Source: an uncultured Candidatus Sericytochromatia bacterium
GTDB lineage: Bacteria; Cyanobacteriota; Sericytochromatia; UBA7694; JACMQJ01
NCBI GenBank assembly: GCA_964422885.1
Contig: CAYRDV010000001.1
Span: 1-48,275 of the forward strand
Direction of reading: 5' to 3'
DNA: 48,275 bases
Part shown: positions 19,023-28,601 of the stretch, piece by piece
Layout: each line of letters opens with the position of its first letter
How positions within the stretch are numbered: the first letter of the stretch is position 1
The notes under the pieces: generated by a model
Database searches by the model: none
What the model saw: only the letters and a program-made list of their open reading frames with translations
What the model was told of the DNA's origin: nothing
Position numbers and translations under genes: made by a program

Positions 19023-19537
19023 AATATATCTCCTTTTTTTTCAATTGAATCTGCCCCACCTTCACGAAGGCGGGTCCGGCGATCATAATCACCTAAAACA
19101 GCTGATGTAAAACCGAAATCTGTTATTGCAAGAAGTACAAGAGTTACATTACCGGTATTAATTGTTTGGTGAAACAGCCAGCGTGGAACAAAAGCTATTC
19201 CACCATTTTTTAAAGGAACCCGGGCTTCACCAATTAAAACTTCGCCTTCTCCCTCCAAAGCTACAAATATTGTTTCATGTGCATGACGATGCCGTTCATT
19301 GTTCCGGCCAGGAGGAATCCGTACAATACGTGGATCCATTGTTTGTAGCCCAGGAAATGCTAAGCGTTCAACATTAAATTCAATATTAAGCTTTTCATTG
19401 TGGTTTGAATACATCATATTGCTGACTGAATCAGAATTTCGGACAAATTCTGATGGCTGTGTTGATTCAACAGGGGGGGTACGTGAGGCAGCTACTTTAA
19501 CAAGATTTAACACCTCTTCTGTCATTACGTCATTCAT
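19019..19537 (-). CDS. Cupin-domain protein (cupin_2-like metal site)
   Basis: Cupin motif 1 is GRNNERHRHAHETIFVALEGEG and motif 2 is GGIAFVPRWLFHQTIN. Its TGA overlaps the ATG of the downstream gene (ATGA at 19019-19022). Confidence 0.75.
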   Translation of the reverse strand: MNDVMTEEVLNLVKVAASRTPPVESTQPSEFVRNSDSVSNMMYSNHNEKLNIEFNVERLAFPGLQTMDPRIVRIPPGRNNERHRHAHETIFVALEGEGEVLIGEARVPLKNGGIAFVPRWLFHQTINTGNVTLVLLAITDFGFTSAVLGDYDRRTRLREGGADSIEKKGDIL

Positions 19538-19818
19538 AGTAAATCTCCTTTATTGCTTATAAAGCGTTAATAGTCAATTATAAAACTATTGCTACATTAG
19601 ATATTTAATTTGATTCACCAAATCAGGCGGCCTCATATTACGAGGAGTAATTCAGAAATTTTTGTTATATACTTCCTGATTTGTCAAAGGATTTTGACTT
19701 TAACGATACTGAGATCAGGAGTAAATATAACAAGTGGAATTATATCAGAATAACCTTTAAAAGGATATCTGATTAAATATTAAAAAATTAATTTTTAAGA
19801 TATTTATTATTTGAGTAT

Positions 19819-20490
19819 TTATTGTATTGTTTGCTCAAATGAACTTATTTTATCAAGATTATTTTTAATATAAGAGTTATAAATATCTCCATTTGAAGTT
19901 TTGCTAATAACAATGATTCCATTACTATCTTTTGTCGCATTTTGTAAGGTTGAATCATTAAGACTTTCAACATTTAATAATGAGTTGGGCTTAACTACAA
20001 TTTTAACCCCATATACTTTTCCGGGTTCAACAAGGAACTCTTCTGTTTTGGCATGAATATCTTCCTGATGATCATTTTCGATTCTAATATTATTTCCTTG
20101 CCATGTACCATTAATTTCAAAATTAAGAGCTTCCGGTTTTAAATGTACTTTAAATTTAGCTTTTTTATAAAGTCCTGGCTCTAAAGTAACAGCTGGTAAA
20201 GGAGGATTTGCTGTTCCAGTTGATAAATCTAATGTACTTTCCGCCTCAACTGTTTTAACAATTGTTGTTTCTGCACCCTGATACTCAAACTGGATATTAG
20301 TAATAATCACTTTTCCACTACTCCAGTTAGGTAAAGCTGATAAAGCCTGAGTTACAAAGCCATTATTTAACGCAGCACTTATATTAACTTGACCTGGCCC
20401 ATTTGGTGCGGCAGGATCTTCAAGACATCCTGTTAATAAAATTGCTGATATGCTTGAAATTGCAACAAACTTTGAAAATTTTTTTAACAT
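19819..20490 (-). CDS. Lipoprotein, unknown function
   Basis: Signal peptide with lipobox LLTGC; beta-rich sequence with no catalytic motif recognised. Confidence 0.55.
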   Translation of the reverse strand: MLKKFSKFVAISSISAILLTGCLEDPAAPNGPGQVNISAALNNGFVTQALSALPNWSSGKVIITNIQFEYQGAETTIVKTVEAESTLDLSTGTANPPLPAVTLEPGLYKKAKFKVHLKPEALNFEINGTWQGNNIRIENDHQEDIHAKTEEFLVEPGKVYGVKIVVKPNSLLNVESLNDSTLQNATKDSNGIIVISKTSNGDIYNSYIKNNLDKISSFEQTIQ

Positions 20491-20663
20491 AATATCTCCG
20501 AAACAACTAATAAAAGATTAAAACAACAAATATAATTATAAATATAAATATAAAATTATTCAATAATATAATTAATAAAAAAATATGCTAAAAATGTAAA
20601 TTTCACTGTTAACTTTTGTCAAAATATTGTTAGATTAAGTAAATGGTTCGAATTGGGTTTTGA

Positions 20664-22475
20664 TTAAATCCCTGGCTTCGTTTTTAACATGTCAAATTTA
20701 TGAGTTTTAACAGTAACAGTGGAATTTGAATAACTTGCTCCCAACAATTCCAGCTGACTTAGCACATCTTCAACATTTTTAGTCTCTTCTTCCTTTTTGG
20801 CATTAGGGTCTGGAACCATTCCTCTTTGAATAAGGATATCATCCATTGCTTTATCCAGTTTACTACCTACAGGGTCCCACTTAGCAGTTAATTTAACTCC
20901 AAGCCTACCTTGCCTGTAAATTAATGCATCCTGATCCGGTGAATTAAACATCATAATATCTTCGTTAATCTTATTTTCATTAAATAGTTTAACCAGACAT
21001 TGATCATAAGACATTGAGCCATTTGATGAATACATTTCGATAATTTCTCTCATACTAAATTGCCTATCTTTTTCCTGAGTATGTGTAATAAATGCTTTAA
21101 TATCAGGGTTAGTCTTAAATATTTCCAGAGCAAGTTCTGTCTGACCCTGGGTTCCTTTTACAAGAGTCTGTGCCACTCCCATTTTATATTGTGCAGCCAG
21201 TAAATCTCTTACCTTACGTGATTGATCAGAAGGAAACATTTCTACAATTCTGTCTATTGATTCTCCGGTCGAGCCTGCATGTACTGTGGCAAATATCAGA
21301 TGTCCGCTTTGGGCCAATTCTATTGCCATCATTGCATCATGAGAGTTTCTAATCTCACCAACCATGGCAATATTTAAGGTTTGGCGGACTGCACTTTCCA
21401 TTGCTTTTGGCTGGCTTATCGAGTGCTTTCCTACTTCCCTCTGGGTAATAACTGATTTTGGATATTGTGGGGATGGAAATAATGTTTCTATCGGGTTTTC
21501 AATTGTTAACAGGTTTATACTCTTATTTTTAAGTAGAAAATCAATTAAAGCACTCATTGTAGTTGATTTCCCACTTCCGGTTGTACCTGATACCAGGATT
21601 AATCCCATTTTAAGATTAAAAATTGTATCCATTAGTACCTTTGGTAACTTAAGTTCTTCAACAGTAAATGGTTTTTCAGGTAACAGACGCATAGTTATCA
21701 GGCAGCCATGCTCAGTTTCATTATCGAAAATATCAGCAATATTAACCCTAAATCTCCTTCCTGCTTTTGTTTTATAAGCCAAATCAATATCAAGAGTATC
21801 AAAAATATCTTTATTATTTTTTAAGATAGCTTCAATCGAAGGGTTATGTGAAAGACGGACAAGCATTCTGGCAACCCGATTGGTTATTCCCGGTGTCAGA
21901 ATAGCATCGGTTATTGGCCTTAACCCTCCTGTTACTGTTAAAAACGGATTACTTTTATTTGGATGAAGAATAATATCTTTGGGTTTGGGATTGTTCATTG
22001 CCAAAATTTTTGTTGTAAAATCATCAAACCAAAGCTCAAGTTTATCTTCTGAATCAATACGTGCTATTTCCAGCGGTTCTGAATAACCTATTTTTATTTC
22101 AGGCTCTACGACCATTTTTAAGGTAATTTGCCCATTACTTGTTACCAAAGGAGTGCTTTTTAAGGTTTTTAACCTAAGTCCATGTGGTGTTTCTATGTAA
22201 ATATCATATTCAAGCAGACCTCCTGAGACTTCCAGAAAATCTTTTTGTTCGACACTTTCTATACTGCGGTTTTGATTTTCAGAAATAAGTTTTTTTACTG
22301 CTGCCTGTATTAAATCATCTCTGATTGGAAGCTTGGGATTCTCTACAATTGCATCTTTTACTTTTATTTTAAGGTTTTCTCCAGGGTTTAAGTAAAACTC
22401 AGTTACACCCTGTGATACATGTGCTACAAGCATTTTGTCAAAATAACTTACAAATTCCTGAATATTTGCTTCCAT
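20664..22475 (-). CDS. PilT/GspE-family secretion ATPase with extended N- and C-termini
   Basis: Walker A GTTGSGKSTT, Walker B/Asp-box region IAMVGEIRN and His box GHLIFATVHAG. At 603 aa it is far longer than ~345-aa PilT. Two PilT-N-like segments lie upstream (GVTEFYLNPGENLKIKV and KDIILHPNKSNPFLTVTGG). Confidence 0.8.
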   Translation of the reverse strand: MEANIQEFVSYFDKMLVAHVSQGVTEFYLNPGENLKIKVKDAIVENPKLPIRDDLIQAAVKKLISENQNRSIESVEQKDFLEVSGGLLEYDIYIETPHGLRLKTLKSTPLVTSNGQITLKMVVEPEIKIGYSEPLEIARIDSEDKLELWFDDFTTKILAMNNPKPKDIILHPNKSNPFLTVTGGLRPITDAILTPGITNRVARMLVRLSHNPSIEAILKNNKDIFDTLDIDLAYKTKAGRRFRVNIADIFDNETEHGCLITMRLLPEKPFTVEELKLPKVLMDTIFNLKMGLILVSGTTGSGKSTTMSALIDFLLKNKSINLLTIENPIETLFPSPQYPKSVITQREVGKHSISQPKAMESAVRQTLNIAMVGEIRNSHDAMMAIELAQSGHLIFATVHAGSTGESIDRIVEMFPSDQSRKVRDLLAAQYKMGVAQTLVKGTQGQTELALEIFKTNPDIKAFITHTQEKDRQFSMREIIEMYSSNGSMSYDQCLVKLFNENKINEDIMMFNSPDQDALIYRQGRLGVKLTAKWDPVGSKLDKAMDDILIQRGMVPDPNAKKEEETKNVEDVLSQLELLGASYSNSTVTVKTHKFDMLKTKPGI

Positions 22476-22588
22476 ATGATTTTAATCCTAATCAAGATAA
22501 TAAAATTTTTTTGAGAAATAAATTATACTATAATAAATTTCAAATCATTAGTTTATATTTTAATTCTTAATTATCAGGAATAACATTT

Positions 22589-23359
22589 ATGACATCTGAA
22601 AAATCAAAGTTTAACCCAACCAACAGGTTTTCCAACCGGGTTGAAAATTATATAAAATATAGACCCGGTTATCCTGCTGAAATTATAAATTTTTTAAAGT
22701 TAGAATTAAAGCTTTTATCTTCGGATATAATTGCTGATATTGGCTCGGGCACTGGTATTTCTTCTGAGTTATTTTTAAAAAATGGAAATAAAGTTATTGG
22801 TATTGAACCAAATGATGAAATGAGATTAGCAGGGGAAAACCTCCTTCGGAAATATTCTGACTTTACCAGTATTATTGGAACTGCTGAAGCAACTGGTTTA
22901 TCTAACCATTCTATTGATTTTATTGTTTCTGGTCAGGCTTTTCACTGGTTTAACCCGGAAAAAACAAAAACTGAGTTTAAGAGAATTCTTAAACCAGAAG
23001 GCGTTAGCATTTTATTGTGGAATTCAAGAAAATTGGATTCAACTCCCTTTCTTGTTGCCTATGAAGATTTACTAAATAAATATGCTACTGATTATAAAGA
23101 GATTTATCATCGTAACTCCTTTCAAGATTTAAATTCATTTTTTGAAAATGGTTATCAGCAAAAGACTTTTGAAAATTATCAGCTTTTTAATTATCATTCA
23201 CTAAAAGGAAGACTCTTATCTTCTTCATATGTTCCATTAGAAGGCGATGAAAATTATGAAAAAATGCTGGTTGGCTTAAAAGAGATATTTGAAGAATTTA
23301 AAACGGACGAGTTGGTTAAATTTGAATATCTGACAGAAGTTTACTATGGTAAAGTGTAA
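22589..23359 (+). CDS. Class I SAM-dependent methyltransferase
   Basis: Motif I is IADIGSGTGISS and post-I is VIGIEPND. The Methyltransf_11-like motif is DFIVSGQAFHWF. Confidence 0.8.
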   Translation: MTSEKSKFNPTNRFSNRVENYIKYRPGYPAEIINFLKLELKLLSSDIIADIGSGTGISSELFLKNGNKVIGIEPNDEMRLAGENLLRKYSDFTSIIGTAEATGLSNHSIDFIVSGQAFHWFNPEKTKTEFKRILKPEGVSILLWNSRKLDSTPFLVAYEDLLNKYATDYKEIYHRNSFQDLNSFFENGYQQKTFENYQLFNYHSLKGRLLSSSYVPLEGDENYEKMLVGLKEIFEEFKTDELVKFEYLTEVYYGKV

Positions 23360-23363
23360 AAAA

Positions 23364-23546
23364 GTGAGGAAGAAGTGAGGCGGTAAACAAGTTTACCTGT
23401 GAGGCGATAAGCAAGCTTATCTGTGAGGGGGAAGTAAAAAAGTGAAAAAAGGAATAAAAGAATAATCTTTATTCTTCCTTCTCCCTCACTTCCTCCTCAC
23501 TAGGACAGCTTTAGCTGTCTGACCTCACTGAACGAAGTGGCCTCAC
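23364..23546. repeat. Composite inverted repeat of GTGAGG hexamers interleaved with short perfect hairpins
   Basis: GTGAGG occurs at 23364, 23375, 23399 and 23423. CCTCAC occurs at 23484, 23495, 23523 and 23541. Hairpins are GGTAAAC-AA-GTTTACC (23382-23397), GATAAGC-AA-GCTTATC (23406-23421) and GACAGCT-TT-AGCTGTC (23504-23519). It fills the gap between convergent genes. Confidence 0.8.
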
Positions 23547-23549
23547 TTC

Positions 23550-25871
23550 TTAAATAGTTAGGTTATGATAAAACCGGAACGTTTTTTCATCAAGTTCCTC
23601 TTCTTTTCCTAAATAAACTGTTGTTAGTTTATTATTTATTTCTTCCTGCCGGATATCTTCTTCAATTAATAAGTCATGAAATCTTTTCAGTATGGGGTTT
23701 TGCTCTTCAAAATGAAGCTTTAAAAGTTTAAATTTTACTTCCTTTGTTGAATTTACAATAGGATCAACTACATATTTTTGCAGGAAAAAACCTTCTTCTT
23801 CAGTATATGCAAGAGTGTAATGATCTAATTTATGTAAGTATAAAAGTGTTTCTTTGGTAAGTTCCTCAGATTCACAGGGAAATAAATAAGGGTTGAGTTC
23901 CCAGTGTTCTTTATCTTTATAAAAATCAAGATATTTAGGAAACTCTTCAGTACCGGGAATAGGTGTATACATCATAATTTTTGGACTTAAACCAAGGCGC
24001 CAGCCAAATATCATAGTTTTTATTATCTGTTCCAATGTCTGGTTTGGTAAACCAGTCATTATATAAAAACTCATATTTTTATAATTTGCTGCTTTTAGCT
24101 TTTCCACAGTTTCAGTAATGACTCCCAAATGGCTATTAGGACGGTGGAATCTTGTTTTATAAAGATCATATTCTGAAGATTCAATAGGTACATAAAGGGC
24201 ATTTTTAAGTTTAAATTTACTTAAGATTTCAATAAACTGATCATTAATCAATGCAAATTCAAGTCCATAAGAAAAATCGAGGGTAATAGATTCATTATAG
24301 CCATAGTCAATTAAATAATTTAAAAGAACATATAGATTTTCTTTACCAAATAAAAGATTACTATCCCAGAAAATATAATTGGTATATCCCATTGAATAAT
24401 ATTCCTGAAAATGGTTTATTATTGCTTCTTTCTGATATTCTGTTATTTTTCTTCCTTCAAGGTTGGGTACTACACAATATGAGCAGGTTCTTGGACACCC
24501 TTTTATAATACGCATAATTGCGCTGTCTTTTCCGCTGGTAAGTTCTATTAACGGTCTGTAGCTGTCAGCATTATGATAGGGTCCAACATGTACATCTACC
24601 CCAAGTTTTTTCATTTCATCCGGGCACAAGGATGGGTATACTCCCCCAACTGTAATTTTGATATTACCAAATACTTCTTTTATCTTTTCGATTATCTTAG
24701 GTAAATGAGGATAATGAAATGTCATTGTCATAGTTATATAGACTTCATCTATATCCTGTAAAGCTCTGATATATTTTTCAAAATCTTCAAGTGGTTTGCC
24801 ATAGACAAAAAGTTCTGCTTTTGATTTTAATTCTGATTTTTGCCCTTCCCGATAATAGTCGTAAGGTTCAAAATCATAATAGGCCACTTTTTCACCCTGG
24901 TTTACCAAATAGTGGGCGACTCTCAGAAGACCTGAAGGAGAAACAGAAAGCAGATATGAAGTTTCCCAGATATTCCCTGTTTCAGTAATAGAAGGATGTA
25001 TCAGAAGATATTTTTTATGTTCAGATTTTAAATTTTTATCATAATAAAAACCATCATCATCTTTAAGGATTTTGTGGTCTGTCGTTGTTGGAAACAAATT
25101 TGCTGGTATATATTTTATATCGGGATGATTTTTCCATTTTTGCCTAAAAATAGTAAAGTTTATTGGTATTCTGTTTTTTGTAATTTCCTGATTCTCTGCT
25201 CCTTTATCGTAATAAACTATAGTTCTATTACTAATATAGGTTTTAAAGCCTTTTTTAGCTGCCCTAAAACATAAGTCAAAATCTGCAAAAGACAGACAAT
25301 TTTCAAAAATAGTATCAAAACCACCACATTTAGCAATAACTTCCCGGTTTATCAAAGCACAGTAGGCAATTGTAAATGGAATTTCCGAAAAATTAGGATG
25401 GCTACTATTTTCCAGGAATTTATTAAAGTATTCTAGTTGTGGAATGATTTCAATTTTCTCATTAAAATTTACTGAAATATTAGGAAGTAAATCATTGTTG
25501 CATCTTGGTGCGACAATACCTGCATTTTTGTCTGAAAATACCTGTATTAATTTAGATAACCAGTTTTTAGAAACGATAATATGAGGATGAATTATTCCTA
25601 CTATTTGAGATTTCGAGATTTCCAAACCTTTGTTTAGACATGCTGTAAAACTGGTATTTTTATCTTTGGCAACTAAACTTACATTATTATTATTTTGCTT
25701 TAAATGAGTTAGGAAATCTAGTAAATTCCTATCTTCTATCCCATTATCTACAATTATCAAACGAAATGGTAAATCTGTGTTTTTAAAAATAAAATTAATG
25801 CATCTTTTTGTTTGAAAAAAATTATTTGATACAGGAAGTATTAAATCAATAATTTGGTCTTTATTTTGCAT
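23550..25871 (-). CDS. Fusion protein: family-2 glycosyltransferase + B12-binding-like domain + radical SAM domain
   Basis: GT2: LPFRLIIVDNGIEDRN. The Rossmann-like B12-binding-type segment ends ..IKITVGGVYPS. Radical SAM cluster motif is GCPRTCSYCVVP (CxxxCxxC). The listed ORF starts at TTG 25880; the ATG at 25871 is preferred but uncertain. Confidence 0.75.
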   Translation of the reverse strand: MQNKDQIIDLILPVSNNFFQTKRCINFIFKNTDLPFRLIIVDNGIEDRNLLDFLTHLKQNNNNVSLVAKDKNTSFTACLNKGLEISKSQIVGIIHPHIIVSKNWLSKLIQVFSDKNAGIVAPRCNNDLLPNISVNFNEKIEIIPQLEYFNKFLENSSHPNFSEIPFTIAYCALINREVIAKCGGFDTIFENCLSFADFDLCFRAAKKGFKTYISNRTIVYYDKGAENQEITKNRIPINFTIFRQKWKNHPDIKYIPANLFPTTTDHKILKDDDGFYYDKNLKSEHKKYLLIHPSITETGNIWETSYLLSVSPSGLLRVAHYLVNQGEKVAYYDFEPYDYYREGQKSELKSKAELFVYGKPLEDFEKYIRALQDIDEVYITMTMTFHYPHLPKIIEKIKEVFGNIKITVGGVYPSLCPDEMKKLGVDVHVGPYHNADSYRPLIELTSGKDSAIMRIIKGCPRTCSYCVVPNLEGRKITEYQKEAIINHFQEYYSMGYTNYIFWDSNLLFGKENLYVLLNYLIDYGYNESITLDFSYGLEFALINDQFIEILSKFKLKNALYVPIESSEYDLYKTRFHRPNSHLGVITETVEKLKAANYKNMSFYIMTGLPNQTLEQIIKTMIFGWRLGLSPKIMMYTPIPGTEEFPKYLDFYKDKEHWELNPYLFPCESEELTKETLLYLHKLDHYTLAYTEEEGFFLQKYVVDPIVNSTKEVKFKLLKLHFEEQNPILKRFHDLLIEEDIRQEEINNKLTTVYLGKEEELDEKTFRFYHNLTI

Positions 25872-26001
25872 TAAAATCAAATTCTATAAAGAATTGCCTT
25901 TATTTTAGTTTATCATTAATGTTTTAGAAAAGCAATAAACATCTTTTTGCTATTTTTTAAGAAAAAAGTGGTTTTACGTTTAGATTTATCTGATTTTAAG
26001 T

Positions 26002-26967
26002 TTATTCAATCTGATTTTCTTCATCTTCTTCCAACTCTGCTTCCAAAAATGGAACCATTATACCTGCTTCTTTATCCGAGGGATTTATCTGTAAAATTAC
26101 TCTATATTCATCTAAAGCATTTTGTAAAAAACCTGTCTTAAAATATACTGAAGCTAAGTTTTGCCTTAGAGTAATATCTCCGGGTTTTTCAGCAATTGCT
26201 TCATAGATTCCTTTTATGGTTGCCCTTAACTGCCTTCTTTTTCTGTGGGCAATACCCATATATCTCTGTGCTTCCTCATCACTTGGTTCATACCTGACAG
26301 ATTCTTCAAAAGCTTCAACTGATTTATCAAGCCTTTCCAGGGCCAGAAAAGCTACCCCCAGGTTTTTGTAGGCAATTGCATCTCTTTTATCTGCTTTGAT
26401 TGCCGCCTGATATGCCTGAATAGCATCTGCTGTTCTTCCCTGTGAAAAATATATATTACCCAGATTAATAAAAGGGCCGGGAAAACTGCTGTCAATTTTT
26501 GTAGCACTTATATATTCATCAATTGCTTTTTGTACTTTTCCCTGTTCTTTGTAAATAATTGCCAGATTATAATGAGCGAGAATAAAATTAGGATCAATTA
26601 TTAAAGCTTCTTCGTATTCTTTTATCGCCTGAATAGACATTCCTTTATTTTTATAAGCAACACCTAATAAGTTTCTGGCATATGGATCCCCTGGGTTTTT
26701 TTGTACTTCATGCTTTGCATCTTCTAAAGCCTGGTCAATAGCCTGTTTTTTTGCTATAGAAATAAGTTTATTTGTTTGTTTTGGTCTTATCACTTTAACA
26801 GGATCTGAGCCAGAGGGCTTTTTTATTGTTGACTTCGAATTGCCTGAATCAGCCATTTTTTTTGTAGAAGACTTTGTACTGCTGGTTTTTGAGCTACTGG
26901 TGCCTGATTTTTTATCTCCTGAAGGTTTTTTTGTCCCTCCCGAACCAGTGGTCTTTTTAATTGCCAT
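26002..26967 (-). CDS. TPR-repeat protein with a Ser/Thr/Lys-rich disordered N-terminus
   Basis: Repeated 34-aa units such as ARNLLGVAYKNKGMSIQAIKEYEEALIIDPNF, AHYNLAIIYKEQGKVQKAIDEY and AYKNLGVAFLALERLDKSVEAFEESV. Confidence 0.8.
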   Translation of the reverse strand: MAIKKTTGSGGTKKPSGDKKSGTSSSKTSSTKSSTKKMADSGNSKSTIKKPSGSDPVKVIRPKQTNKLISIAKKQAIDQALEDAKHEVQKNPGDPYARNLLGVAYKNKGMSIQAIKEYEEALIIDPNFILAHYNLAIIYKEQGKVQKAIDEYISATKIDSSFPGPFINLGNIYFSQGRTADAIQAYQAAIKADKRDAIAYKNLGVAFLALERLDKSVEAFEESVRYEPSDEEAQRYMGIAHRKRRQLRATIKGIYEAIAEKPGDITLRQNLASVYFKTGFLQNALDEYRVILQINPSDKEAGIMVPFLEAELEEDEENQIE

Positions 26968-27016
26968 TATGTATACCCTTAACTAACTGTACAATTATTA
27001 TTAAATGAAAAATAGT

Positions 27017-28471
27017 CTAAATTTTTAATTGTTTTTTTAATCCCAGATTTTGCTCAAGTGTATAGGATACCTGATATAAAGTCTCTTCACCCAAAGGTTT
27101 ACCTATAAATTGTATACCAATGGGCAAACCATTACTATCAAAACCACATGGTAGAGAAATAGCCGGAATACCTGCCAGATTTACCATAACTGTTAAAACA
27201 TCTGTTAGATACATGCTGATCGGATCTGATTTTTCTCCTTGTTTAAATGCAGTTGTTGAGGCTGTTGGAGAAACAAGAAGATCGTATCTGGAAAAAGCTT
27301 TTTGTAGTTCAGATATTAATAAAGTCCTGTATTGCTGGGCTTTTTTATAATAAGCATCATAATACCCTGCGCTTAATACATAGGTACCAAGCATAATTCT
27401 TCTTTTTACTTCATCACCAAAACCCTTACTTCTTGTTTTTAGATAAAGTGATTCAAGATCCTTAAGGTCTTCTCTTTCACTAAGTCCATATTTTACACCG
27501 TCATAACGGGCCAGATTTGAGCTTGCTTCGGCCGTTGCGATTATATAATAGGCTGCCAGACTATATTTTACTAGTGGTATGTTAATTTCTTCAACTATTG
27601 CCCCTAACTCTTCAAGTTTTTTTATTGATGAGTTTACTGAATTTCGGACATCTTCATGCAGGCCCTGTTCAAACATTTCCTTGGGAACACCAATTTTTAG
27701 GCCTTTAACATCGTTTTTTAATGAAAGCAGGTAATCCGGGCTCCCGGATTGAACTGAAGTAGAATCATTGGCATCATGACCAGAAATAACATTTAAAATC
27801 AATGCGTTATCTGTAATATTGTTGGAAAAAGGGCCAATCTGGTCAAGTGATGAGGCGTAGGCAATTAAGCCAAACCTTGAAACTAATCCATATGTAGGTT
27901 TTAAGCCAACTACACCGCAAAATGAAGCCGGGAGTCTAATGCTTCCACCAGTATCAGAGCCTAAAGATATTGGTGCTTCCATTGCAGCAACTGCTGCTGC
28001 ACTACCACCACTACTCCCTCCCGGTATTCTTTCCAAATCCCAGGGATTATTTGTTTTCTTAAAGGCTGAGTTTTCTGTGGATGAACCCATTGCAAATTCG
28101 TCCATATTAGTTTTTCCAATAGGTATGATATTTGCACTTTTTAACTTTTCATAAACTGTGGCATTATATGGTGGAATAAAATTTTCCAGAATTTTTGAGG
28201 AACAGGTTGTTAACATAGATTCTGTACAGATATTATCTTTTATTGCTATTGGTATCCCTGCCAGTTGGTGTACACTTTCTCCCCTTAATCTTTTTTCATC
28301 TACTTTTATCGCTTCTTCCAAAGCATTTTTATTAATATAGTTAAATGCCTGAATTTTTGATTCAGTTTGTTCTATCCTGTTTAAGAAACTTTTTACAATA
28401 TCATGAGAACTAATTTCTTTATTTTTTAAGCTTTTAGCCAGATGACTTACAGGTAACTCAAATAACTCCAA
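27017..28471 (-). CDS. gatA: Glutamyl/aspartyl-tRNA(Gln/Asn) amidotransferase subunit A
   Basis: Amidase signature GGSSGGSAAAVAA plus IAIKDNI and GSDTGGSIRLPASFCG. The ~484-aa length and overall pattern are typical of GatA. Confidence 0.88.
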   Translation of the reverse strand: MELFELPVSHLAKSLKNKEISSHDIVKSFLNRIEQTESKIQAFNYINKNALEEAIKVDEKRLRGESVHQLAGIPIAIKDNICTESMLTTCSSKILENFIPPYNATVYEKLKSANIIPIGKTNMDEFAMGSSTENSAFKKTNNPWDLERIPGGSSGGSAAAVAAMEAPISLGSDTGGSIRLPASFCGVVGLKPTYGLVSRFGLIAYASSLDQIGPFSNNITDNALILNVISGHDANDSTSVQSGSPDYLLSLKNDVKGLKIGVPKEMFEQGLHEDVRNSVNSSIKKLEELGAIVEEINIPLVKYSLAAYYIIATAEASSNLARYDGVKYGLSEREDLKDLESLYLKTRSKGFGDEVKRRIMLGTYVLSAGYYDAYYKKAQQYRTLLISELQKAFSRYDLLVSPTASTTAFKQGEKSDPISMYLTDVLTVMVNLAGIPAISLPCGFDSNGLPIGIQFIGKPLGEETLYQVSYTLEQNLGLKKQLKI

Positions 28472-28601
28472 TGTTCAAACTCCGCTTAAATATTTAACTA
28501 ACACAGTATACAGAATTTACTAAGGATAAAGAATAGTTGCAAACTACTCTCCTTAATTACAATAATCATTTAATCATATGAATCACAGTTCAGACAATGG
28601 G

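Noticed and set aside
20664-22475. Calling a type IV pilus or type II secretion locus
   Set aside because: Only the ATPase is present. No pilin, platform, alignment-complex or secretin genes occur in the window.
23364-23546. Possibility that the GTGAGG array is a CRISPR
   Set aside because: The repeats are only 6 nt and the 18-nt intervening segments are themselves palindromes. The array inverts orientation halfway, and no cas genes are present.
27017-28471. Expected gatCAB operon
   Set aside because: Only gatA is present; gatC and gatB are not adjacent. Split gat genes are common, so this is not reported as a finding.
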